A DNA stretch of 64,000 nucleotides, taken from Bugula neritina (lineage: Eukaryota; Animalia; Bryozoa). The translations under genes and the position numbers were made by a program. Below are positions 29,501 through 43,700 of the stretch, in pieces. How positions within the stretch are numbered: position 1 is the stretch's first letter; every line of letters starts with the position of its first letter. Location of the stretch: NCBI GenBank assembly GCA_964035545.1, contig OZ037769.1, positions 9,950,633 through 10,014,632 of the forward strand. The letters run 5' to 3'. The notes below the pieces were generated by a model. It made no database searches. It saw only the letters and a list, made by a program, of their open reading frames with translations, and had not been told where the DNA came from.

Positions 29501-32500
29501 TTTATAATTTTTTAAAGTGCATCAAAATCGGAAAGTACATTCTTGACAAATATATTAGATGTAACTTTTAAAATCTATAACTGAATAGATATGAATGTCT
29601 ATGAATGAAACATAGTGATGTGCTTGATAATTCCTTTAATTTGAGATCTTGTTTATAATCTCAAGCTAAAGAAAATGGAAATGTGTATGAAATGTCTCAA
29701 ATTAGCACATTTTGGATGCAACTATAGTTGGATTAGTAAAACATGTATAAGCTAAGGTGGACAATGCTTCAAGACATGTCTAATATAAAAATTTGAGTTG
29801 TTAAGCTATTTAGTTGTAAAGAAAGTTTCTGGCAACAAGTATCGTTTGATAAATCACTCTGGGTATGAAAGTTTTGTAACTTTGCTGTCAAACAATGCTT
29901 AGTTATACTTAGTTGGATTAAAATGTATAACACATTAGTACCAAGTAATAAATAAATTAAATTTTAATTCTCAAAGGCTTGACTCATCACTTTTTCCCCA
30001 ATTACACAAAAAGGCAACTAGCAAAATGGTGTTTAGAAATAAGACTCTCAACTTGTTCATAAGAAAAGTCATAGTAAGACTATAATAGAAACTGTGAGAG
30101 GTAAACACTCCTCTAATCTGCTTCTAAATTACAAAACTTTTATTTTATTATATTACAAATTATCCACACACAACAAAAAACAATAACTTAATAGGCAAGC
30201 ATGTATTTTTCTGTTGCAAATGAAATAATATAATTTCTGAATAATTGGAAAGATAACTCTGCATAGAAATCAATAATGGGAAGGTGCTGCTCAAAAGCTG
30301 CAGTAAAAGCAAACACTTGAGGCTAAGTTCAAATAAAAGTTGTTGAACTCTTTTTGATAAAAAAACTAAAAAGCTATGGTTAAGTATAGGTAATTAGTAT
30401 AAAGTGTAGTTTGTTAATTCGAATGTATTCAACTGTATTTTGTCTCAATAACATATGCTTTCACTGTCATAGCTGAAGTCTCATTGCGATTTATAACTAG
30501 CAGAAATTGACCTCTTGTTAATTAGAGTAAAACTAGTTAAACTTTTATATTAGATAGATAATTTAATCGATATGATCTTGGAATTTATATTAGTTATATT
30601 ATCGTAGTTAATTAAAATATGAAAGGATTGAACTTTAAAAAATATAAACTTCAGTATTTTTTGTTATAAGTACTAAATAATCATGTTTATAGAATTTAGA
30701 TGGTTCAGGAAGTGTTATTAGTTATTGTAATTAGAAATTTCTATCTGTAATACAATTGTGTTTTTATTTAGTCAGATTTGTAGTAAACAATATACAAGAT
30801 TGATGAATATGTAAGTAAAATTTATCAATCTTCAATATATATGGAAATTCGTATTAGTTTAATAATTTGATTATAGATTTGGAACAAAGATTTTTGAGCA
30901 ATTTATAAAAGCTTTTCATAAAATTCTGTATACAATCTTTAAGTGTGCGACTGAACTAATATTCATCTAAAGCTGTGAGGTCATGTATTTCTGAGTAGTA
31001 CATAACCTGAGAACTTACTACGTAATGATATGTAAAGATAAAACTTATGCTCAGTTTAAATATAAATTATTCTTTTCATTTGTCACTGTATATCACAAAC
31101 TTATATAACATGCTTGTATATAGAAGAGCTCACTCGAAATAGACGTTATTTATAATGTATAATAAAGAAATTGATTGACATTTAATATAGCTAGTATTAA
31201 ATTTAAATTGTATAAAATAGTGTAACATCACCCATCTGTGACTAAAGATTACAAAAAAGTAAAACAGAGCTGAAACCAGTTTAAAGTGAATCTGTGCCTT
31301 ATCGGTATATTCAATAGATACAACTTTATTATGTAACAAAAGCTGACCTAAGACAAACAGCTCAATCAACTTGGATAACTGTCACTCACTTAACCATGTT
31401 ACCAGCTAGTTATACATGCGCAAATATTAGTGCATAAATGTTCATAAGTAAACAAAAGCACGTGCACTCTCTCAGATGCACCACAAAAGTTTACAGCGAA
31501 CAATATAGTTAATTCAAAGTTTCTTTATCAAAATCATGCATTTTAAGCAGGTTATATAAATTTTCCGAGGAATTAATGAAGGAGCTCACACACACTAGGG
31601 TTCATCTTTTTAAACTGACTGGCAGCTGTCAGACAGCACCAGGTATTCATGATTCAACAATTTTTTGGTAATTTTCTCCGAGTATTCTAACCTGGCATAT
31701 GCTGCAACTAGCCACGTGCACACAGCAAGAGCCTGTCGTAATATGGAAAAGTTTTACTGAAAAACGAAAAACACAAAAAATAAGCAGTTTTCTTTTGGAA
31801 AAAGTTGGTATATTGAATACTAATTATAAATAGCCTCTTTTTAATTGTCAGGTACATTATTTGAGATGAAAGTGCATAATTCTAGTTTTAAAATTATCAA
31901 GCTAACCATGATTCACTAATTTAGATATTCACTTTGAAGTAAAAATACTTTTGGAACATCAAACATATTTAAAGTTTAAAAACCATATACAGAGTTTTCC
32001 TAGAAATAGCTTAATTGGAACAAACTTAAAGTTTTGTTTAAAATACATTGCTTTCATTGCATATTGTAATTAATAACTTATATAAGCTTTTGTTTGGCCA
32101 TAGATGCAAGGCATGCTTATTCACTTAGGCCTATATAGGTTGTTATAATTTAAACCAAAACATTTATTCAAGTGCTGCAGTTAGGAATTGTTTTCTCTTG
32201 AATAAAAAAGCAATAGATAAACACTTCTGCCATATAACATTCTGTAACAATGTATCACTGTATTGTAATGAAAGTTTAGTGTGGTGCTCATTCTGATTAT
32301 CTCAGAAAAACTACTTGAAAATTGAAGTTGCTAGTGACCCAGGCTAATGAGAAATTCTCTGAATGGACTTTAATTTGAAGCTATATGCTGGTTTGGTGGG
32401 AATTAGATTCTCATGTAGAGTTGTTCCCCCTATACCAAAATATTTTGAGTGGACAACTACTGTGCTTGCATCTCTAAGCTAAAAATTGACAAGTGAAATT

Positions 32501-34881
32501 ACCTTAAGAAAATACACCTTTAAGGAACACACCCTGAGCCTTACACAATTTAGTATTGTGTTTTAATTTTTTTGTCCATTCCACAAGCTACTGCAACTAG
32601 AATTTATTTCATTGTACCAAAGCAGTAATTTTCATTGTTTTCCATTGCATATTAAAATTATTGTTTATTCCTTTCATTTTATGACATAACTAGCAGATTT
32701 CAAGTTAATGCATAAAACTTTGAATACGTTTTTATCACCGTTTACCGTTTGAAGTAAAAAAGAAATATTACAAACTCATAGACAATCTTATTTACTGCAA
32801 CACAATTTAAATGATATAAAAAATAAAGCTACAAGATAAATAATTTCCTTATAGATATAATTTCATTTTTTTTATATCTAAGCAACAAATTCATTTTAAA
32901 AATAAGCAAAAATCTTGGTTAAATATTATAATCATAACATAATATAAAAATTTTATCCATGGTCATCTGAGCCAATGCATTCAGGTGGCTAAATTTCAAG
33001 GACATTCTTGTGTTTTTTGTAATTAGCTTTTACAGGAATGCTTTGTAGAACTTTGCGAAAACATGCCACTTTTCAATATCTACTTGATCTTTGTTAAAAA
33101 AAAATTGCCATTAACTTGCTTGCTGAGTGTACTTAATGAGGGATTGCTAGATAATGCTGTTGTGCAGGTGTTATTGGAATATGTTAGAGACCTTTTAGGC
33201 ATTTATTGCATTGTTAACAGCTTTTCTTGGCCAGAAAAATCTATTTATACATAACACTCAAGAAAATAAAATTTAAACTAAAAGTGCACAAATATAATAT
33301 TATTATAATATTGAAGCAGCTATAATAAAAAGCATATAAAATATTAAAAGCAAAGTGCAAATTTTTCTGAACTGCCTATAACATGATCTATTTATGCAGA
33401 CGCTTGATATATGTAGATACATTGATTTCTTTATTTGAATTATGTGTTAGCTGCCAAATAGGTATGTAGTATGTAGTTATACAGTGTATAGCTATATGTA
33501 TGTAACTATACAGTGCATAGTATACAGTATAGACTTATTCAGTATAGAATTGTAATTGCTAATTCAGCACAAAAAGAATCATTTAGCAATGTATTGCCTC
33601 TCAAGTTTCTGCAAAGATGTTTAATTGTCTGAATAATATTATAATTAATAGATTTTTGTACAAAATAAAGCCAATATAATGTCAGCTATGTAAGATAGTA
33701 GTTGTTTTTTTTTGTTCATACTATGTTGATGCAGCTCCTTCAAGAATTAGATTGCAAACTGCTAAAATTCTATTGATCACCAAGTATCCATTTATCTTCT
33801 TATATAATGCCTAATCATGGTATAGTCAGGTGTCTGCAACGAAATCCATGCAGTCATTGTCAATAATACTACTTCCTCAGCTAAATTGAAAGTTGTAAAT
33901 TATAATGTGTAAATCTAATTTACTCACGTCTATTATTGCTGTCAATCATATGCATGTGTGTGAGTAAATATGTAGAAATATAGGGTAAACTGGGAACTGA
34001 GAGCCTATTTTCATAACAATTACAAATATTTCAGTTTTTGTTTGATATTTCCAAATATGCTTGTTAGAGATTATTTAGGAGATGAGGAATTATAAAAAAG
34101 GACATATTTTGCTTAAAGCTTCGAGAAGTTTCTGCTGTTTGACTCTCACAGAAATTTTCCACTCCACGTACTGATCACACTCTTGCTCTTGAGTTGCTGG
34201 ACTTTTATATCCTACTTGATTGCGCGCATAATTACAACAATGTTCAATTTTATTTAGACTGCTTACTTGGCTAAAATAGGGTAGTTTTTCTTTAACCTGA
34301 TTACAAACATTTAATTATCAGTCAATTGCAATCTGTTAGAGAACAAAAAAGAACGCAGTTATATTTTATTAGGGGCTTTTTCTTTGCTAGTGATAAAACA
34401 CAGACATAGGGTGTATGTATAATGGAGAGCTACTATCAAGTGTATTTGGTAAAAATATGTTTTGTATCTATGGAGAAGAATATTCTAAGAATTATTTGTT
34501 ATGAAGATTTTAGTACAGGAAACAGAATCATCAATCTAAATTTTTCAAAAGTGGGCACATGAATATTATAACACAATAGTGATATTTTTGTTCAGTATAC
34601 AGGCACATCCGCCATCAGCATACTAGGAGTTCTTTTTCAAACAACCAGCCAGGTGATGAGAGAATTGTTATTCATCAATCACTTACTGTCACCAAACTTA
34701 GTTACAAACACTATTGTTAGCAACTACATTCACATTTTTGATTGACTAACTTGGTAACCATGGAGCTATATTAAAATTACTATAGTGATATTTATGAGCT
34801 TTAAGATTTTGATGGTGTTGTTATAAATTGCTGAACAAAGACATAGAAGAACAGTTTTTAGCAAGGCTTTATAGAGAAATA

Positions 34882-37790
34882 ATGGTGTTTAGCTGTGTGG
34901 CTGCTCTACTGCCACTGCTAGTCATCTTAGCAGGAGTATTTGCTGCTCCGAGGTCTGATCGCGCTGTCAACTCCAGACCAGAGTATGCACCACTTAGGGG
35001 TGACTTTCCAGATATTTTTGATCAGACCGATTCTGATGCTAAGGAACTTGCGGCTGAAGTAATAAATAAAAATTTTAATCAGACATATCGAGCATTAGAC
35101 CGATGTAAGTAATTTATAGCTTGTATTCTGTAGGAGCTATCTAAACATATCAATTGTAAGGCTAAATCTTGTCTGGCAGGGTAAGTGAAGCTAAATCCTG
35201 TCTGGCAGGGTAGGTGAAGCTAAATCTTGTCTGGCAGGGTAGGTGAACTTATCCATTTTCTACATGCCAGCCCATAATTTCTGTTTGCTTCATTTAGAAG
35301 TGATTTTATAGAACTGGGTGTTGATACTAATAGCAGTAGAAGTAACCTATAGACATGGATCTGGCACTTCGTCTAATTAAAATACTCTTGTTGAAGGTAG
35401 TCATTAGTTATACATTGTCATTTCCAACTCAGTTTTAAGTTGTCCAGGGTAGCTTTACCATCTAACTAATGGTTGTAAGACAGGGAGATTACGACACTCT
35501 TTCTAACAAAGGCTACTTATTATTGGAGATGAATAAGAAGAGCCAAGGAGGCATTATTGTTTCAGTTGTCATTCTGTTTGTCTACTTTTCTCTCACAAAC
35601 ACAATTATTACTGATTGTGTCAGTCAACAAGGTTTCAAATTTTTGAAAAGAGCTGGTGACTATAAGTTCTGTCACAAATGTGAATAATTGACTTTCATTT
35701 TATAATGATCTTGGATATGGCAACACATTTTAAGTTCTTGAGACTTTAACCTTCTTTAACCTTTTTGTATAAAACAGCAATAATATCATCATCAATGAGG
35801 GTACACAGTACGGATATTCTACTTTTCCTTTCGTTTCAGCTCACAGAAGTTCTGTGTTTTGTTATTGATCCAGGTAACTCTTTCAACGTGTAACCATAAC
35901 TTTGTTGTATGTTGCAAATATTGTACTTTTTTTCTAAAAATGTTTAATTGACACTTTTATGTATGTCTGTTACAGTAAGAGATGTGTGTACAGGAACCAA
36001 TGCTGGCATGACAATAGTAGAAGACACTCCAACTAGAAAGATACAGTCCTTAAAAAACAGATACCAAGGTTGCCAATATGTAGATGGCAACCTTGAAATA
36101 ACTGGTCTGGATACTGAGGAATTCTATGATGCTGACCTTTCTTTTTTAAATTCGATACGCGAAGTAACAGGATATGTGCTAATAGCCAATGTCTATGCCC
36201 AAAATGTAACATTGGAAAACCTGACGATAATAAGAGGAGACAGACTCTTCTCTCCAGATACAACAAATGTTAACACATCAGATAGTACAACACAGAGAGG
36301 ATACGCTTTATTTGTTTCTCTAAACTACATGAGAGGAAGTGACAGTATTGGAATGAGGCTACTTGGGTTAAGGAACCTGACAGGTTAGTTGAGTACTAGC
36401 TAGTAGGTTTTTTCCTAAGGCAGAGATGTAAGCTGTAAATTTGAAGTAAGAACTAACAACTGATATAACTATGGGCAAGTCTCATAAACAGCATATCATC
36501 TCAACTAGGAACTGCCAATACTATATAAAAATGATGATGAATCTAATCAAATTATACATAAGAGTACCTACCTACTAATAGGAAAACAGTATCTATAACT
36601 GAATGTTGTGTTATGCTCCTGTAGATAACATCTTATAACCAGGCAAAATATAAATTGGTTGATTGTATTTACCTAGTCATACAATCATGAAATTACTTGG
36701 AGAAAGTAGTCTGCGACCAGTCTAATTATAGTTTTTGCAGGCAGAATTTTTGTTTCTAAGTTCCAGCATAAACAACTTTAATTATCTGTATTATAATATA
36801 ACATTTTCTTTGATTTTGTTTAACTATACATATATTTTTATAACTAATTTTTTATTCTGCAGATGCAACTGTGCTTAAAAAATAAGGAAAGTTATTTTCA
36901 TTTTAATGAAATACAAATTTTAAAATTTTGGCATTTAGGGATTGCTTAAAAACCTCTATAAATAATGCATCAAGTATCAACTTATATTTAACTGCTTTTT
37001 GAAGCAGTAAAGTCTGTGCTTTTCTGAAAACAAATAAATTGAACAGAACAATTTTAGGAGGTTATACATTCTTTTTCTAAAGGAGCTATCGTGTTTGCTC
37101 AACCATTACAATTTGCTTGGCTCAATGAGGCTTAAGCAGTAGTACAATGATTCAGCACCTATTACTAGTAGTATAGCAAGTAAAGCTTTGAATACTAGAG
37201 ACTGCATGGTAGGCATTAGGCTCTTATGCGCTGACCAATAAATGGTAACTAACTGCAATAACAGATGCAGTTCTTTAAAAGCAACAACCAAGACAACAAT
37301 GAACTTTTTTCTAGTTCAGCAATAGTAGCCTATAGTTCAGAATAGTGTTTATAGCATGCTGTTGCTTTTAGTCAGTTTTCTATTACATAACTTGTCCTGT
37401 ACCTTTATCTAAAGAACATTTATAATAGCCTATTATGTGAAGTAGTTTTTGACACAGCTCAATTTTATTTTTTGATAACTTCACTAGGTAAATCTCAGCA
37501 AGAGTAAACCAATAATACAAAACACTTTTTCAAGTGAAGATTAGATAATATTATTTTGTTACAAATGTGTGTAAATTTTACTGAAAAATATAAGAAAGGT
37601 TTGAATTGTGATACTATATTACTTGCGCTATATTTTGTTATTGCAGAAATATCTCAGGGAGATGTGTTTTTTGAAAACAACAACCTGCTATGCTATGCCA
37701 CTACAGACATTTATTGGAGTGACATCTTTGCCAACAGTTACAAGCAGCAAGTGTCTTTTATACACGACACTGTACGTACAGCCGTGCCCT
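34882..37790 (+). CDS. EGFR: EGFR exons 1-3: signal peptide, N-terminal extension, L1 (domain I)
   Basis: ATG 34882; donor T|GTAAGT 35104; acceptor TTACAG|35976; L-domain motifs [42 protein letters not shown]. Confidence 0.95.
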
Positions 37791-40700
37791 GTAAGTCTCT
37801 GCTTCTCAGCTGATATTATTGGTTGTAGAGTCAGTGTTATAAATGCTGCACAGCGTTTGTTAGCACCAATTTTGTAAAAGAGACATCACTAATATAATTT
37901 TGCGCCAGTTAGGACTTTTATTTGCAATTAAATCAAAAGTAACATAAAGAAACTAACTAATCATCAAACATTGGTGCAAACATAATAAATGGCTAAAAAT
38001 TAAAATAGTTACACATTAGTAACAATGATTAAGTTGTGTCAGTGCATAAAGATGTGGGAAAAGCAGATCCTTCATCCCACTGCTTTCTTTCTTCAACGTA
38101 CCAATTAAATTTACTGAATGTACTATTTTAGTTTCTCCATCTCGAAGAGGTAAAGATTATAAGTTGCACTTTACTTCTAATTATCATTTTTATTTCAATG
38201 TGAACACAGTTATTATTTGAAACAGTCCAGCAACAGCTAATATTATGTTTCAACAACTTTTGTTAGTTGACCTGCTCTGCCTAGACTGTTATACACACTG
38301 CTTTACAATTGTTACCTATGTTGCCCCACTGGTCTTTACACAGTCATTGCTTCAATACTGCTTAGTTTCAGTCATACTAAAACTGAAATGACAAACAGTC
38401 AGACATGAAAGAGAAGGTGTTTGCTTTCAATGAAGTTCTATAGTTTGGTCAAAAGCTCCCATTAATCAGTATCATTGTTTAATTCTATCACTTCTAAACT
38501 TCATACTGTCATTCTGTTACTATGACCACTAGTTATAGTCGTATGTACTTTACTCTTGCAGGTAGACCAAAATGCCACTCTTCTTGTGAAGTCACAGTGC
38601 CTTCTCTGGCACCTGGTGCTCGGTCGACTCAATCTCTAACTCAGCGTTTCTGCTGGGGACCAGGACCAAAAAACTGTCAAAAGATGAACAAGGTTGTCTG
38701 TGCTGAGCAGTGTGAGAGTGGAAGATGCTTTGGCCCAGAACCTAACCAATGTTGCCATGCTCAGTGTGCTGGGGGGTGCAACGGCCCAACCAAGTCTGAC
38801 TGCTGGGTAAGATGCACTCAACTAAAGGATTATTTATCACCAGTAAGAGTTGTACTTGTATTGAATTGCTTGTCATTTTACATGTTTGTACTTTGACAGG
38901 GATGCAGAAACTTCTACAATAATGGAGGCTGCGAACCATACTGCCCTCAGCAAATGATTTATGACAATACTAACTTTAAATGGGTGAAAAATCCAGATAG
39001 GAAGTTTGCATTTGGAAAACTGTGTGTTCAAGATTGTCCCAGTAAGTAAAATGCCGTGAAACTATCGAATAGTTAGTACCTATAAACACTAGCACTAGAC
39101 AGCAATGTTACTCATATATTATATAATAGTAACTGCATATATCAATGCCACTCATATAATATAATATAGTATTGTAACAAAACAGTTGTTTGGTCAGTCA
39201 TATTATTGTATAGGCCTGCTCATAATCTAAATAAGAGATATTTTCAAACTCCAATTTCTATGGTATTTTAAGTTTTTATTTGCCAATATCCTATATTATG
39301 ATATCATCATATATTATGTTAATATTGTCGTATCTCTTTAGAGTAATATTAGATATGCAAGCTGCACCAACAATTCTTATTTCAATGATGTGTGACTCTG
39401 TACTTAGACTATTGAATTGTGCCAACATTGCACAAGGAAAACTTAAAATCTATATTTAGCATCTGGTAATGTCCATTCTAGTAAATGTTAAGTCTTCTTA
39501 TGAATGTTACAGAGCACTTCCTGGAAAATAAAGGTGGATGTGTGAAGTCTTGCCCAGTGGGTTATGAGCCGAAAGGTTCTTTGTGCCAAGAATGCACTGG
39601 TCCCTGTCCAAAACGTATGTGAAAGCATCAATATTACATTATATTAAACTTGTACTATAATTATAATGGCAAAGCATTGGTTGTAAACATAACTTTCTGG
39701 TTCTTGGATTCGCTTGCTATAGAAAATTTCATTAATATTTAAAAGCAAAGAAAGTTTCATTATCACTTTTAGAAATTGTGAGCCTGTAACTACCAACATA
39801 GCAAAATCTGAGGTGTGTAAATGTGATGTGACATTATTTTTGTTTTAATATTTGGCAAAGAGTGAGGAACTCTTGACTGAACTTAGACTGCCATTTATTT
39901 CACAACTTCTACCATTATTACTTTGACATATTCAATTGATATATTGTTTTCAAAATAATGGATAGACCATGCTTATCTTTAATTTTGATGGTTAATTTAC
40001 ATATGAACTGATTTAAAAATCATGATTTAAATTTTTATCAGTGAATAGATGAGTCACGTCCTGCTGCTTATAATAAAGTATTCACAAAAAAGTTTACTAA
40101 ACACAAACCAACAAAAATTAGATTTTGAAAACGCTTTCTTGTAAGTGTAACAATAAAAATCAGAATTTTGTTATGAAATAGCAGCGAAAAGTGAGTACTC
40201 AATCAAAATGGCTGTCACTTTTTTTCAGGGTGTCAAATTAAATGGGAATCCTCTTTGGATTTTTTGAACTCTAAAAACATTCATGAACTGGAAGGATGTA
40301 CAAGCATTGATGGGCATCTCAAGATACTAGACACTTCAATTAAAGGGTATTTCTAACCATCCAATAAACATAATTCTGTAGGAGACATCATCATGTCATC
40401 TAATGAATAGGAAGTATTAAATATTTTGTACTGTTGCCAGTAATGGTGGCCATGCTATGTTAGCAATGTTTAGCAATGTCACTTTTAGAGAAACTTTTTA
40501 AAGTTGTCTATATATTCAGGCATAAAAATTTAAGCATTGCACAACAGTATTAATTTGTAAAGTTAAAATTTTAGGTAGTGTTAAGTTTTCTTATTTGCTT
40601 ATTGCAGCGATCCTTATAATGAAATTCCTCCAATGGAAATCTCGGAGCTACAGAAACTCAAGTCTATTAAAGAAATCACAGAATATTTAATGATACAGAA

Positions 40701-43700
40701 CTTAAATGGGTTTGGTATAACAAACTTTAGTTTCCTTTCAAATCTGGAGTCAATACTAGGCCGGAAACCAGACACGTATGTTCATCTTAGTAACTGCTCT
40801 TGTCACACCTCACACATTATTTATAGCAATAAATTTTATTTTTATATTAGTTTTTTGCATAAAATACAATTAAATAATACATCATATTGAAATTTATACT
40901 CTTTCCTTTCTAAACAACTGTTTGTGCTTTTATAGATATGGAACAGCGTTAAACATCATTCGCAACAATGACCTGGAATTTTTGGGGTTCACATCATTGA
41001 AAAAGATTTCTGCAAATCATGTCCTTATAGAAGCAAACCCAAAGCTGTGCTACTTAGAAAAACTTAAGTGGGGAAAAGTATTTAAAGGAACAACTAAGCA
41101 GAACCGGTTTATAAAGGAGAATGCTGATTACAAAAAATACTGTGGTACGTTTTGTTTTGGTCTATCTCATGAATATAGGACTGCTGTGTAGTGTAATATA
41201 AACCTGATCAGTTTCCCATTTCAATAGTGACTGTGGCTTGCCACTGTTTGTATTTTTAGATTGGTTACATTATGTCAACACTTGAAAAATGTCAAATTGT
41301 CAAAAAAAACAAAAATGAAAATTTGTCAAGTTTGTATAATATTGTCAAGCACTAGATAAATAATGAATTCAACAAAATAGGGAATATTTCTTTGATGTGT
41401 GAAGTGTTGTGTCTACTTATAAAGTCTTTTATATTTTAGTTCCAAACAATTACACATGTCACGAGGAATGTAGAAACGGTTGTTGGGGGCCAACAGCCAA
41501 GATGTGCATTAATTGCCAAAACTACCGATATAGAGACGAATGCTTGTTTAACTGCACCCGACCCATGCTTTACTCCTTTCCTAATAATGCTAAGCAGTGT
41601 TTTGATTGTTCTCCAGAATGTAACAGCACGTGCACTGGACCGGTATGCAATCACTAACTCTGTAATCACTACTCTGCATACCAAAAGCATATTTAAAAAT
41701 ATTTTATGCCGAGTTTATATGTGCCTGATGTCATGCAGCTTTAGCTTGTTATTAATTTGCATAATATTTTGTAGTGCATTATGTGGGCTTGTCTCTTTTA
41801 GAATGCAGATGAATGTGATGCGTGCAGAAACTATCGGGACGGACCATTCTGCGTTTCTAGCTGTCCAGCTGATGATGTGAAGAAAGTTTATAAATTCCCA
41901 GATGCCAATGGAGTTTGCCAGCCATGCCATGATAACTGCATAGGTGGTTGTACTGGGCCAGGCAATAAGGTGGGCTTAGGTGGCTGCAACTCATGCAAAG
42001 TGTCTGTAGCCAATGCAAATGAAACTGGAATTGAGAGGTGTCTAAATGAAACAGCTACATGTCCTAAAGGATATTTCACAAGTAGAAACCCTCCACCAGC
42101 TCTTGCACACCTCAAAGGAGAAAGAGTGAGTAATATTTCTCTGTGTTGTGCTTCTGCCCTAATACTTTGTTATATACTTTTGTATTAAGGGAGCCGAATT
42201 CCATTGTTGTGTATATAATCAATGGCAGAGCCTTATATGCTACATTAAATAGGAAACTTTATTACTACCAATTTTTACACTGCAGAAATTAGTTGACCTG
42301 CTACCAGAAGTGCTAGCTCAATCCTAGGGAGTGTGGTGCTGTATTATAATATTAGGACAGACATAAACCTTCACGATTTTGGGCTTTGTTTAGAAAACCT
42401 ATGTTGGACTGCTTTTAAACAAAGTAAAATTTAACTGTATAAATTTAACTAATTTTAATTGCTGTTGAGCTAGAAATAAATTACACTTATTCAAGTTTAA
42501 ATGTTAATGTTTGGTGAAGTTAGTTTGACACAAGCTCATTACCAAACTTTGCAGTTTCACACCTATTTTATCATCAATGTCGTAATGGTGATTTTCAGTG
42601 AATTTCAGTTACAGCAAACTGTAGATTATATTCAATGTTATACCATACACCAGTGTGTCAACATGCATTCCATTGCAGCCAATAATAAAATGTAAACTTT
42701 AAATAACTATTAACCTAGTAACTTCAACCTATAATCTCCTAGATATTATTATATAAATTACTGCATAAAATTAGAAATTGATTTTTAGTGCAAACTGTAC
42801 CATGCTAAGTAACTTCACTTATTAGTAACACAAGAGCTAAATGATTAATGCACTTAGAAAGTCTCGCATTATATACATGCAGAAAATAAGATTTGAAAGT
42901 CATGGACATAAATAGAAAATAATAAAAATTACAGAAAAACAAAATAGTATTTTTAACAATCACCTGTAACCATCTTGTATTTAGTTTGAGTTATGGCCTC
43001 ATGTAATGTAGATACAGCCACTAGTTAAAATTGAACTAATAAGTCCACAATTGTAGTAGAATGTAGTAGAATTAGATGCATTGTTGTGGATATGTTACAG
43101 GTATGTATCAAATGTCACCCTCTGTGTGAGGAATGCGAAGCTAGAGGTACAAGTTACTGTAGTAAATGCACACACTACAGATACATTGACAGATGCGTAG
43201 AGATGTGTCCTTACGGTGCACATTATGCCGACAGTGTAACCAAAACATGTGAGCCATGTCATGAGACCTGCAGGTAAAAGGCTTTCTGGTGATTCTATCA
43301 TAGTTATAGTCTTTATCCATAATGTGCATTGCCTATTTGCGTTTTTTTAGGTCTTAGTATGTTAAAAATGTATGAATTTTTCAATTGAATTTTATTTCCA
43401 TAATATTCTTGATTTTATAATTTTGCTTAGAATGTCACTGCATTATTTTGCTATTGGCAATCATTTTAATATAGTAGAAGTATATGTGAGAAATAGCAGT
43501 AAACAAGCATGCAATGCTAACTTTTCCTCAGGTGTGTTAGTTGTCTACACTTACTTTCGTTCTTTATCATTCCAGAAAAGGGTGCACTGGTCCAACGAAC
43601 TGGCAGTGTGAACGTTGTGTCAACTACAAGGTGTACAATGACACAGAGCATGACCACCAGTATTACTTGCAAAATATTTCAGACTTGGTAAATCGTTCTG

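Noticed and set aside
34828-34881. TTG-initiated N-terminal extension in the ORF track
   Set aside because: Artefact of allowing prokaryotic starts; ATG 34882 directly precedes the signal peptide
38636-43329. Antisense ORFs over EGFR exons
   Set aside because: Short shadows of coding exons with no independent splice or homology support
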